A stretch of 64,000 nt of DNA from an uncultured Candidatus Saccharibacteria bacterium (GCA_964423445.1 CAYREQ010000001.1:1732-65731); one strand, 5' to 3'. Shown: positions 40,781 to 49,553, counted from the first letter of the stretch. Notes: generated by a model not told the origin, from the sequence alone. A program made the numbers and translations.

Positions 40781-42205
40781 CTAGAATTCATCTAAATCAC
40801 CACTAATTTTTGATGGTGAAAATTCACTTAGGTTGCTCTTTTCAAGGTTTAGGAAAGTAGTAGTCTTTTCATCAAAGTACAATTCTACTTTTCCTGTCGG
40901 ACCATTTCGGTGTTTTTCTACTAGGATTTCAGCGATATTTGTCTTATCCATGGCATCTTTTCCTTTGTCTTCACGGTGGATAAACATTACTACATCGGCA
41001 TCCTGCTCGATTGATCCAGAGTCACGGAGGTCAGACAGTCTTGGTCGTCCACCACGAGATTCTACTGCACGAGAGAGCTGTGACAGTGCAAGCACTGGAA
41101 CATTTAGCTCTTTTGCTAGGCCCTTTAGTGAGCGAGATATCTCAGTGACTTGGTTTACCATAGAGTCATAATTTTTACTTGTAGTCATCAGCTGGAGGTA
41201 ATCTACCACGATTAGGTCCACACCTTTTTCTGCTTTGATTCGGCGTGCTAGAGATTTCATTCGAACGATAGAATTTCCAGCTTGGTCGTCAATAAATATT
41301 TTTGCTTTAGCGAGCTTGTCCAGTGAATCACGAAGTTGAGAAAATTCTCTGTCTGATGAAAGATTTCCTGTACGTAGGTTCCATGCGTTTACTCTAGATT
41401 GTGCTGAGAGCATTCGGTCTACGAGTTGTTGTGAAGACATTTCGAGAGAGAATATAAGTACAGACTTGTCGTGGTTTACAGCAGCTAGTCGTGACATGTC
41501 TAGGGCGAGGGTAGTCTTTCCCATACTTGGTCGAGCAGCGAGAATAATCAAATCAGAATCTTGAAAACCAGACAGCATAGAATCCAAATCTTTAAAACCA
41601 GTAGGTAGACCGCGAAGCATACCTTTGTTTTCGTGAAGTTTTTCCAAGCGTTCATAGGCTTCACCGAGTTCATCCTTTAGGTTTACAAATTTTTGATTTT
41701 TTGGACTTGAGACTACACTAAAAATTCTTTTTTCTGCCAAATCTAAAATATCATTCATGTGGTCGTCGCCCTCTTCAAAAGCAAGCTCGGACACATAGTC
41801 TGCTGCTTCAATTAGACTTCGAAGGACATATTTTTTTTGCACGATATCGGCATAGTGTTTTACGTTTGTAGAAGATGGCACAGTGTTTACTATCTCAGCT
41901 AGGTATTGATTTCCACCTATATTGTTTAGCAACTTTTGCTCACTCAATTTTGTAGAGAGCGAGAGCATATCTATAGGCTCGTTCTTTGAAGACAGATCAA
42001 GCATAGCCTTAAAAATAATTTTATGTTTTTCAGCATAAAAAGAATCAGGAGTAATCATGTCTTCTACCTCGTGCATAGCGTCTTTGCGTAGCATTATAGA
42101 TCCGAGTACTGCTTGCTCTGAAGGCATACTCTGTGGTGGTAGTCTCAAATTATTTTGTCTTGGTTTTTGTACGTCGTTTCTTCTATTGTTTTCTCCTTTT
42201 ACCAT
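40781..42205 (-). CDS. dnaB: Replicative DNA helicase
   Basis: AARPSMGKT, VDYLQL, SDLRDSGSIEQDAD, KHRNGPTG. Confidence 0.97.
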   Translation of the reverse strand: MVKGENNRRNDVQKPRQNNLRLPPQSMPSEQAVLGSIMLRKDAMHEVEDMITPDSFYAEKHKIIFKAMLDLSSKNEPIDMLSLSTKLSEQKLLNNIGGNQYLAEIVNTVPSSTNVKHYADIVQKKYVLRSLIEAADYVSELAFEEGDDHMNDILDLAEKRIFSVVSSPKNQKFVNLKDELGEAYERLEKLHENKGMLRGLPTGFKDLDSMLSGFQDSDLIILAARPSMGKTTLALDMSRLAAVNHDKSVLIFSLEMSSQQLVDRMLSAQSRVNAWNLRTGNLSSDREFSQLRDSLDKLAKAKIFIDDQAGNSIVRMKSLARRIKAEKGVDLIVVDYLQLMTTSKNYDSMVNQVTEISRSLKGLAKELNVPVLALSQLSRAVESRGGRPRLSDLRDSGSIEQDADVVMFIHREDKGKDAMDKTNIAEILVEKHRNGPTGKVELYFDEKTTTFLNLEKSNLSEFSPSKISGDLDEF

Positions 42206-42281
42206 GAAAGCATTTTAACATAGTCAGGAAATTGTGAAAGCTTAAAAGTGCGTAAGACTGTTATTAAAATGTGGAAAGTTT

Positions 42282-42353
42282 AGCAGGTAAAGTAAAAATT
42301 CGCCGCTTTACCCTAAAGGGCTCCGACACGAACTCATTTTTACTTTACCTGCT
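42282..42353. repeat. Palindromic element, family 1, copy C
   Basis: 18-bp arms AGCAGGTAAAGTAAAAAT/ATTTTTACTTTACCTGCT; core differs from copy B at 1 nt. Confidence 0.92.
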
Positions 42354-42373
42354 CTACATGATAAGATATTATC

Positions 42374-43324
42374 ATGTCTAAAAAGGTATTATTGTCAGGA
42401 GTAAAGCCTACAGGTCGCCCACATCTGGGCAACTATTTTGGTGCCATGAAGCAATTCGTGGATTTATCATCAGATTACGACAGTTATGTATTTATTGCTG
42501 ATTATCACGCACTCAATTTTATACAAAACAAGGAAGAGATGAGAGAAAACATAATCGGGGTTTTGCTCGATTATTTAGCTGTAGGTCTCGATCCAAAAAA
42601 AGTTTGCATATTCAAACAAAGTGATATTTCTGAACACACAGAGCTGGCTTGGATTTTTGATACTATCACTACTATGCCATATCTCATGCGTGCACATGCT
42701 TTCAAAGATGCAGAAGCTAAAAATAAAGAAATCGTAGTAGGTACTTTCAATTATCCGATGCTGATGGCTGCAGATATCTTACTCTACAGTCCAGACATAG
42801 TTCCAGTAGGTCAAGATCAGCAACAACACGTAGAAATCACTAGAGACGTAGCTCAAAAGTTCAATAATACTTTTGGAGAAGTTTTTAAATTACCAGAACA
42901 TAAAATAATGAAAGAAGTAGCCGTAGTTCCTGGTACAGACGGACAAAAGATGAGTAAAAGCTATAACAATACTATTCCACTCTTTGCTGAATATGAAGAA
43001 ATAAAAAAAGCTGTGATGGGCATAGTCACAGACTCAAGCGGAGATATTCCAAAAAATGTTTTTGCCATACATAAACTCATCCGACCAGAGGCTGAACTCG
43101 CTCCAATATATGAAGAAAAAAAGGGTAGCTACAAAGAACTAAAAGAGCTACTAATAGAAGACTTGGAAAAATTTATAGCTCCAATGCGAGAAAAGAGAAA
43201 AGAATTTGAAAAAGATATTCCGAGCGCACTAGCAATACTAAAAGCCGGTGGAGAAAAAGCTAAAGCTGTAGCTAATGCAAAAATGCAAGAAGTTCGCGAA
43301 AAAATTGGAGTTAGTGTATATTAA
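42374..43324 (+). CDS. trpS: Tryptophan--tRNA ligase
   Basis: HLGNY, YPMLMAADIL, VPVGQDQ, KMSKS. Confidence 0.96.
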   Translation: MSKKVLLSGVKPTGRPHLGNYFGAMKQFVDLSSDYDSYVFIADYHALNFIQNKEEMRENIIGVLLDYLAVGLDPKKVCIFKQSDISEHTELAWIFDTITTMPYLMRAHAFKDAEAKNKEIVVGTFNYPMLMAADILLYSPDIVPVGQDQQQHVEITRDVAQKFNNTFGEVFKLPEHKIMKEVAVVPGTDGQKMSKSYNNTIPLFAEYEEIKKAVMGIVTDSSGDIPKNVFAIHKLIRPEAELAPIYEEKKGSYKELKELLIEDLEKFIAPMREKRKEFEKDIPSALAILKAGGEKAKAVANAKMQEVREKIGVSVY

Positions 43325-43329
43325 ATAAA

Positions 43330-43410
43330 ATGAATAATAAATTTTTACAAATAAATAACTGGCAGTATTTCTTTAGCCCTTCTAATAGAAAGCTGCTTTT
43401 TGTGCTGTAA
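43330..43410 (+). CDS. Putative 26-aa attenuator leader peptide MNNKFLQINNWQYFFSPSNRKLLFVL
   Basis: Homologous to 49967-50047; contains a segment complementary to the downstream terminator. Confidence 0.65.
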   Translation: MNNKFLQINNWQYFFSPSNRKLLFVL

Positions 43411-43435
43411 AAATATCTAAAAAACTTACAACCTA

Positions 43436-43470
43436 AAAAACAGCTTTCTAACCGAAAGCTGTTTTTGTTT
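43436..43470 (+). terminator. Attenuator terminator
   Basis: AAAAACAGCTTTC-TAACC-GAAAGCTGTTTTT. Confidence 0.8.
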
Positions 43471-43504
43471 TTTTTGCAAATAAATAGAAAAAGGAGGTGA
43501 TTCT

Positions 43505-43543
43505 ATGAACACAGCTTGGGACATAGATGATGAATGGTTTTAG
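43505..43543 (+). CDS. 12-aa peptide MNTAWDIDDEWF
   Basis: Preceded by a full SD AAGGAGGTGA. Confidence 0.45.
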   Translation: MNTAWDIDDEWF

Positions 43544-43609
43544 GGCTACGTATCGAGGGATTTGGCCCACTCTCGCGCGTTCGGCGTTTACCGGATAATA
43601 TCAAAATCA

Positions 43610-43652
43610 ATTGGCGAATGTCCCACATGAGACGTTCGCCAATATTTTTTTT
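43610..43652 (+). terminator. Terminator before aspS
   Basis: ATTGGCGAATGTC/GACGTTCGCCAAT plus T-run. Confidence 0.7.
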
Positions 43653-43673
43653 CTGTGATAAAATGCATTTTAT

Positions 43674-45008
43674 ATGAAGGACAGAATATATTTAAAGGAT
43701 TTAAAGGATTATGTGGGGAAAGAGGTAATCGTGGCTGGATGGGTAGATGTACGACGCGATCAGGGTAAAATGGTCTTTTTTGACATACGAGATATGACCG
43801 GCAAGGTACAATGCGTGACATTGCCTAGTCACACTGAAGCCATAGAAGCTGCCAAAGAAATTCGACCTGAATGGGCTTTGAAAGTAAATGGAATAGTAAA
43901 CAAGCGCCCAGAGAAAAATGTGAAAGCTGGGGTAATCAATGGTGATGTGGAACTCGAAGTCACAGCTATAGATGTGGTAGTAAAAGCTGAAGAACTACCT
44001 TTTGACCTAGGAGCAGAATTAAATTTAGATACATACCTCGATCATTTACCACTCATGCTTCACTCTGAACGCACTCGAGATATTTTCACAATGCAATCTA
44101 GCATCCTAGATGCCTACCGTTCATCTCTACGACGCCAAGGTTTTACCGAGTTCATGTCTCCAGCTATCGTGGGTGGAGATGCTGAAGGTGGAGCTGCTGC
44201 TTTCAAACTAGAATATTTTAAAGACAAGTCTGCATTTTTGGCGACTAGTCCACAATTTTACAAACAAATTATGGTGGGTGGTTTTGAGCGTTCATGCACC
44301 ATAGCCAAAGTTTTCCGTGCTGAAAAAAGTGCTACGACTAGACACCTTTCCGAAATCACTCAAATGGATTTTGAAATGGGATTTATTGAAAACGAACTTG
44401 AACCGATGAAAGTTTTAGAAAATGCTGTTCGCGACACAGTGAAAGTTGTAGGAGAAAAGCACGCAGATATTTTTGCTCGTTTTAAAACTACAATTCCAGA
44501 AGTTCCTGCGGAAATACCTATCTTTACACTCGCTGAAGCTCAAGCCCTAGTATCAAAAGAATATAATCGTGTCATAGAAGATACAGATGATATGTCTCCA
44601 GAAGACGAGAGACAGATTTGTGAATATGCAAAGAAAAATCTTCACTCTGACTTTGTTTTCATTACTCGATTCCCGACAGCAAAAAGAGCATTTTATACTT
44701 ACGAAGAGCCGAGCGAAGCACCTTTTTCTCGAGGATTTGATTTACTTTTCCGAGGGTTAGAGATAAATAGTGGAGCACAACGCATTCACAATTATGACGA
44801 TCTCGTGGCTCGTATAAAAGAGCGAGGAATGGATCCAGAAAAATTCTCTTATTACTTACAAGCATTTAAATATGGTATGCCACCACATGGTGGATCTTCT
44901 ACTGGGTTAGAGCGTTTTACTGCTCGTATGCTAGAGCTCTCAAATGTCAAAGAGGCTACAGCATTTCCTCGTGACATGGGCCGTATAGATAAAAGACTAG
45001 CGGAATAA
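43674..45008 (+). CDS. aspS: Aspartate--tRNA ligase, short archaeal-type (possibly non-discriminating)
   Basis: OB fold GWV..RD.G, LATSPQFYKQ, FRAE...TRHL.E, GMPPHGG..GLER; no GAD insert. Confidence 0.88.
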   Translation: MKDRIYLKDLKDYVGKEVIVAGWVDVRRDQGKMVFFDIRDMTGKVQCVTLPSHTEAIEAAKEIRPEWALKVNGIVNKRPEKNVKAGVINGDVELEVTAIDVVVKAEELPFDLGAELNLDTYLDHLPLMLHSERTRDIFTMQSSILDAYRSSLRRQGFTEFMSPAIVGGDAEGGAAAFKLEYFKDKSAFLATSPQFYKQIMVGGFERSCTIAKVFRAEKSATTRHLSEITQMDFEMGFIENELEPMKVLENAVRDTVKVVGEKHADIFARFKTTIPEVPAEIPIFTLAEAQALVSKEYNRVIEDTDDMSPEDERQICEYAKKNLHSDFVFITRFPTAKRAFYTYEEPSEAPFSRGFDLLFRGLEINSGAQRIHNYDDLVARIKERGMDPEKFSYYLQAFKYGMPPHGGSSTGLERFTARMLELSNVKEATAFPRDMGRIDKRLAE

Positions 45009-45014
45009 TTTGTG

Positions 45015-45341
45015 ATGGAAAATATTATTTCAGGCAAAGTCGTCCCAGGTGACAAATATGGTAGAAAGCTAGGCTTTCCGACAGCAAACTTGGATACAAA
45101 GTTAGATAATTTTGTCACTGGTGTATATGGTGGCGAGGGGACAATAGGTAAAAAGACTTACAGAGCGGCCATTGTCATAAATGACAATGGCCGGATAGAA
45201 GCACACCTCCTCGGGTACAGAGGAAATGCTTATGGAAAAATTTTGGATTTAAATTTAAAAAAAATTATACGAAATTATATAAAGTTTGATACTGAGGCAG
45301 AGCTAATAGCTCAAATTAGGAAAGATATAAAAAAATGTTAA
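45015..45341 (+). CDS. Stand-alone riboflavin kinase domain
   Basis: GRKLGFPTAN, GVY, EAHLL. Confidence 0.85.
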   Translation: MENIISGKVVPGDKYGRKLGFPTANLDTKLDNFVTGVYGGEGTIGKKTYRAAIVINDNGRIEAHLLGYRGNAYGKILDLNLKKIIRNYIKFDTEAELIAQIRKDIKKC

Positions 45342-45352
45342 ACTAATAATCT

Positions 45353-46273
45353 ATGAAAGATTCACAAAGTTATCTAACTGGTCCAATATTTATAATCATC
45401 GCTGCATTGCTCTGGGCTTTTGATGGACTCATTCGTCAATATTTATATACATTACCACCAATCACTATTATATTTTTTGAGCACCTCATCGGCCTTGTTC
45501 TATTGTCTCCGTTTGTATTTAAATATGTATTAAATACAAAACTTACAAAAAAGGAATGGTGGCTCATTATTTTGATTTCAATTTTGAGTGGACTCTTTGG
45601 TACATTGTGGTTTACCACTGCTCTCGGTAAGGTCCATTTTATTTCTATCTCTGTAGTATTTTTGATTCAAAAACTTCAACCAATATTTGCTATCACTACA
45701 GCTAGAATTTTTTTGAAAGAGCGCCTGGACAAGAGATATGTCAAATGGGCTATCTTGGCTGTCGTATCCGCATACTTTGTGACTTTTCCAAATGGTATCG
45801 TAAATCTACAGACAGGCGAGGGTACAATTATCGCAGCACTATATGCCCTAGGAGCAGCTTTTGCTTGGGGTTCATCCACTACATTTTCAAAGATGTTGCT
45901 CGGCAAGATGGATTTCAAAGTCAGTACTTTTTATAGATTTTTATTTACTTTAATATTTGCAATACCAGCCCTATTTTTACTAGGAGGTTATTCTTCAGCT
46001 ACCGGCTTTATAGTGCCTAGTATCACTCAATTTGAACTCCTAGCATTGATAGCACTATCTACAGGCATGGTGGCACTTCTCATATACTACAAAGGCCTAG
46101 CCAAGACACCGGTGCATATCTCTACAATCTTAGAACTCACTTTTCCATTTATCGCCATTTTCTTGGACATGGTTGTAAATGGCACGAGCCTCTCTGTATC
46201 ACAATGGATAGCAGCACTCGTATTAGTATTTAGTATTTATCAAATTTCTAGCTTAAGAGAAAAAGCTTTTTGA
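45353..46273 (+). CDS. DMT/EamA family transporter
   Basis: About 10 TM, duplicated EamA pattern. Confidence 0.85.
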   Translation: MKDSQSYLTGPIFIIIAALLWAFDGLIRQYLYTLPPITIIFFEHLIGLVLLSPFVFKYVLNTKLTKKEWWLIILISILSGLFGTLWFTTALGKVHFISISVVFLIQKLQPIFAITTARIFLKERLDKRYVKWAILAVVSAYFVTFPNGIVNLQTGEGTIIAALYALGAAFAWGSSTTFSKMLLGKMDFKVSTFYRFLFTLIFAIPALFLLGGYSSATGFIVPSITQFELLALIALSTGMVALLIYYKGLAKTPVHISTILELTFPFIAIFLDMVVNGTSLSVSQWIAALVLVFSIYQISSLREKAF

Positions 46274-47097
46274 TTTAAAATAGAGTTTGTGACAAAAACA
46301 CGACTCGCTCCACTCTTTAGAATTTTTTCTGAGATTTTTTCTCCAGCAAAGACTCCATGAGTAGCACCTACTATTACTTTTTTTGCGCCGAGAGATTTTA
46401 GATGTTTTATCGCATGCACTATTGTGCCACCTGTGGCTATGATGTCATCTAATATACAGACATTTTTACCTTTTACATCAGCCTTACCTTCTATCTTAGC
46501 TACCTTGGCATGAATACCATTTTTTATACCGTTGTCTTTGGCTAGCCCTCTTGTCTTTTGGAGTGAGTGACCTGTGTGACCCTTAGCATTTTCTATAAAA
46601 TAAGAAGAACCTTCATCTGGGGAAATTACACAAAATTCTTGTTTACCAAAATATTTTTTTGCATAAGATAATAGCTGTCTACCTGCAGAATGATTTTCTA
46701 TTTTTAGACCATTTCGCACAAAGTTTCCAGTCTTTGGCAGAAAATGACAATCAAAAGTGATTAATTTTTTTACCCCATAATTTTTTAAAAGACCACACAA
46801 GATATCCGCACTGACTGCTTCACCTTTTTTACTTTCTCTGTCTTGGCGAGCATATGGAAAATAGGGAATAAAGAGCTCTATATTTTTTACTTCTTTTTTC
46901 AATCTAGCTAGTATTAATAAAAGTTCAAAAGTTCTCTTTTCTGGCTCGGGGTATAGCCGGTGGTAGATAGTCACATTTTTACCTTTGAGAGAATCTATCT
47001 TTTCTATAAATACGTATGACTCTGTGTCTGGGAATTGCTTTATGGTGATATTTACTTTTCCAAAGTCAGAGGCGTAGGGAGTGATTAATTTTTGCAT
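46240..47097 (-). CDS. prs: Ribose-phosphate pyrophosphokinase
   Basis: FPDTE, PYFPYARQDR, SPDEG, DDIIATGGT, THGVF. Confidence 0.88.
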   Translation of the reverse strand: MQKLITPYASDFGKVNITIKQFPDTESYVFIEKIDSLKGKNVTIYHRLYPEPEKRTFELLLILARLKKEVKNIELFIPYFPYARQDRESKKGEAVSADILCGLLKNYGVKKLITFDCHFLPKTGNFVRNGLKIENHSAGRQLLSYAKKYFGKQEFCVISPDEGSSYFIENAKGHTGHSLQKTRGLAKDNGIKNGIHAKVAKIEGKADVKGKNVCILDDIIATGGTIVHAIKHLKSLGAKKVIVGATHGVFAGEKISEKILKSGASRVFVTNSILNQKAFSLKLEI

Positions 47098-47135
47098 ATG
47101 GTCATTGTATAAAATAATGTTAGAATATACAAACT

Positions 47136-47486
47136 ATGGACGAAGCCAAAGATACCAAAAGCCTTATAAAAAAGAAATGTGTACCTTGCGAGAAAAAGGG
47201 AATAAAGCCTATGGAGCGAGAGGAGGCACAGGATTATGTAGACGAATCATATCACTGGATTTTGAGTGATGATGTAAAAAAGATTTCCAAAGAATATAAA
47301 TTTACTGATTTTATCGGTGCGATAAATTTTGTAGACAGAGTAGCTGACATAGCTGAAGAAGAAGGGCATCATCCAGATATACATATAAACTACAACAAAG
47401 TACTCCTCGAGCTCACCACTCATGCGATAGATGGATTGTCAGTAAATGACTTCATCCTAGCTGCAAAAATAGACGAAGGCAGATAA
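47136..47486 (+). CDS. Pterin-4a-carbinolamine dehydratase
   Basis: CVPC, EEEGHHPDI, TTHAIDGLS.NDF..AAKID. Confidence 0.9.
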   Translation: MDEAKDTKSLIKKKCVPCEKKGIKPMEREEAQDYVDESYHWILSDDVKKISKEYKFTDFIGAINFVDRVADIAEEEGHHPDIHINYNKVLLELTTHAIDGLSVNDFILAAKIDEGR

Positions 47487-47518
47487 AAAAAGGTGAATCA
47501 CTTTTGTGTTCACCTTTT
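47485..47518. terminator. Bidirectional terminator
   Basis: AAAAGGTGAA/TTCACCTTTT between convergent genes. Confidence 0.65.
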
Positions 47519-47535
47519 AAAATATATTCATCTAA

Positions 47536-48642
47536 CTATACCTTTATTTTTTTTCTTAGCATGTTCAAGGATTGCCCAGCTGCACATCCACCACACTTTG
47601 CACATCCAGATTTTATTTCTGACATGCGAAGATTTAATCCTGTTCGCAACATTTCTTTTTGTAGAAAGTCTTGTACGCGAGCAAAAATAAAAGGGTCAGT
47701 CTGGTATCGCATATAAGCTGGTGGTCTGATTGGTATCGGGTCTGGTATCACATCCATAGCGATCATTTTCTCTATGGCTTTGTTTGTATAATATTCGTCT
47801 TCTAATCCGACGATGATATTACTTATAACATTACCTACTCCGAATATAGACACAGCGTAGGGAAGTACATACCAATAGACTTCATTTATGAGTTCTATTT
47901 TTCCTGGTATATGGGAGCGTTGCGCTTGGGGACTATAGCAGTCCAGAGGAACCATCCATGTATCTACTCCAGCATTTTTTATTTTATCTATAATTAAAGC
48001 TGAAGCTGGCTGTGATTCAAGAGCAAGAGGAAGTAAAGGGAAAACCTTTTTAATTTTTGCCAATGATTCGCAGACATTTTCAAATACAGGAAGTGTCATA
48101 AGTGGAGTCGTAAAAGTAAGTACATAATTTTTACGATATCCAGTTATTATTTCAAGTGCCTCGATTATTTCTTCAGTTGTTCTGTTTAAATTTTCCATAC
48201 CTCCTGTCATTTGACAAAAGCTACAGGCGTTTCCAGCATCAAATAAAGAGCATCTAGTACCCCCGATTATTCCAACTAGATTATTTCCGGTATGTTTCTG
48301 TAGTATTTCAGATACATATCGTCCACTCGTGAGTTTTTTCATTGCCCACTCTTCTGCTTGAAATGTTTTCACGGTAGCTATTGTTTTACCGTTAAAATCA
48401 ATTTCATAACTATCTAGCCCTTCTCCTTTTATCAAGCAAAGAGGGGAAGATTGATTGATGCGGATATTTACATTTCGAGAAAGACTTGTGAGCTCACTTA
48501 CATCCTTTACACTTGCATGTAAGCCATATCCTAGCCCTCCTCGTTTTTGCTGGTGTGGATTTTGTGCGTTTAATATTACATAAAGCAACACAGGATCAAC
48601 TCGGACTCCTACACATACTAAGTACGGGAATAGATTATTCAT
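47536..48642 (-). CDS. Radical SAM protein with Cx8Cx2C motif and C-terminal GCxxCxxC
   Basis: CSLFDAGNACSFC; SNIIVGLED; GCAKCGGC. Confidence 0.8.
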   Translation of the reverse strand: MNNLFPYLVCVGVRVDPVLLYVILNAQNPHQQKRGGLGYGLHASVKDVSELTSLSRNVNIRINQSSPLCLIKGEGLDSYEIDFNGKTIATVKTFQAEEWAMKKLTSGRYVSEILQKHTGNNLVGIIGGTRCSLFDAGNACSFCQMTGGMENLNRTTEEIIEALEIITGYRKNYVLTFTTPLMTLPVFENVCESLAKIKKVFPLLPLALESQPASALIIDKIKNAGVDTWMVPLDCYSPQAQRSHIPGKIELINEVYWYVLPYAVSIFGVGNVISNIIVGLEDEYYTNKAIEKMIAMDVIPDPIPIRPPAYMRYQTDPFIFARVQDFLQKEMLRTGLNLRMSEIKSGCAKCGGCAAGQSLNMLRKKIKV

Positions 48643-48692
48643 AACTTTCTCCTATTTTAAAGAACAAATATTGTCGTTTTGTTTTGGGTAGA

Positions 48693-48728
48693 CAAAGAAA
48701 AACCCCTTCCTAGAAACTTAGGAAGGGG
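48693..48728 (-). terminator. Attenuator-type terminator between the repressor gene and the radical SAM gene
   Basis: Minus strand CCCCTTCCTA-AGTTTC-TAGGAAGGGG-TTTTTCTTT. Confidence 0.85.
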
Positions 48729-48755
48729 ATGTTTTCAAAAATTAATTTATGTAAA

Positions 48756-49151
48756 TTACGAGCTCAAAGACAACCCTTTCCTAAGTTTGGATGGGTTGTG
48801 GTGGTTTGATATACGAGACAATACGAGCCGATATCCGCCGAGTGAACCTTTTAACCATTTTGCTATGCGGGCAATAGTCGCAGACGAGAGACCAGTGTTT
48901 TCACTGATGGTATTGTATTGTATGTCTTTTGAGAGCAGGGAAGCTGCTTCGAGCCTGTTTGCAAATTCTTTTATTTCTAGTTCAGTCATGACATCTCGCA
49001 AGAAAGATTGCATCTCTTCTTTATTTTTCAAAGACAAAAAAGCTTGCACCAATTGTTGGTTTTTCTTTGTATTCCAATCTATCTTTGTGCCGATACCTTG
49101 GATCAGTTTTACTGTATCTATATTTGTATTTTTATTCATTCCTTTACTCAT
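48756..49151 (-). CDS. TrpR-like YerC/YecD repressor (HisR-like)
   Basis: FLRDVMT..EI.....RL..A.LL....Y..I...TGLSSATIARI...L....GGY. Confidence 0.88.
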   Translation of the reverse strand: MSKGMNKNTNIDTVKLIQGIGTKIDWNTKKNQQLVQAFLSLKNKEEMQSFLRDVMTELEIKEFANRLEAASLLSKDIQYNTISENTGLSSATIARIAKWLKGSLGGYRLVLSRISNHHNPSKLRKGLSLSS

Positions 49152-49156
49152 GACGT

Positions 49157-49232
49157 CACTTTAGCAGACTAAAGTACTTTAGTCAACTAAAGTGACGGGT
49201 AGGGGTGTGGAAAACTTTAGCTGAGTAAAGTA
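49157..49232. promoter_or_regulatory. Three 20-bp ACTTTA-N6-TAAAGT operators overlapping the repressor promoter
   Basis: 49157 CACTTTAGCAGACTAAAGTA; 49175 TACTTTAGTCAACTAAAGTG; 49213 AACTTTAGCTGAGTAAAGTA. Confidence 0.85.
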
Positions 49233-49358
49233 GAGATATGGAGTAGAGGGGTAGGAGCGTGGAGGCATGCTTGACTTTTTGCTTTTTGTATGATATTTTA
49301 TTTTTGGATATATGCTCGTGGTATTTCCAAATTTAATTAACTTGGAGACAAAAAAACA

Positions 49359-49496
49359 ATGAAAAGACCAATCTTGTTTGGTTTACTTTTAGATGAAGAT
49401 GGCAACATTTTGACGACCGCGGCCACGACGACGGCAGGCGATCCGAATTTTAACATCAGCAACGATTTCGGCGGCGGCGTCGGCACCGGTGCGTAA
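49359..49496 (+). CDS. 45-aa peptide MKRPILFGLLLDEDGNILTTAATTTAGDPNFNISNDFGGGVGTGA
   Basis: TTGACT-17-TATTTT promoter, GGAG SD, GC-rich codons, downstream hairpins and terminator. Confidence 0.65.
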   Translation: MKRPILFGLLLDEDGNILTTAATTTAGDPNFNISNDFGGGVGTGA

Positions 49497-49553
49497 CTAT
49501 CGCCGATCTCCGGCGAAACAAGGGAGGGGAGGAAAGCCTCCCCCGACAATCAA

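Noticed and set aside
40707-42353. Direct repeats flanking dnaB read as a composite transposon or CRISPR remnant
   Set aside because: Only two copies 1.6 kb apart, a third related copy lies in mnmA, there is no transposase, and dnaB looks native.
43541-43600. HDV-like ribozyme or UAG read-through signal after the 12-aa ORF
   Set aside because: P3/P1 order does not fit the HDV fold, there is no spacer between stop and structure, and the read-through product has no recognisable features.
49337-49549. 70-aa minus-strand ORF from the track
   Set aside because: Antisense shadow of the 45-aa plus-strand ORF, which has the promoter, SD and terminator.
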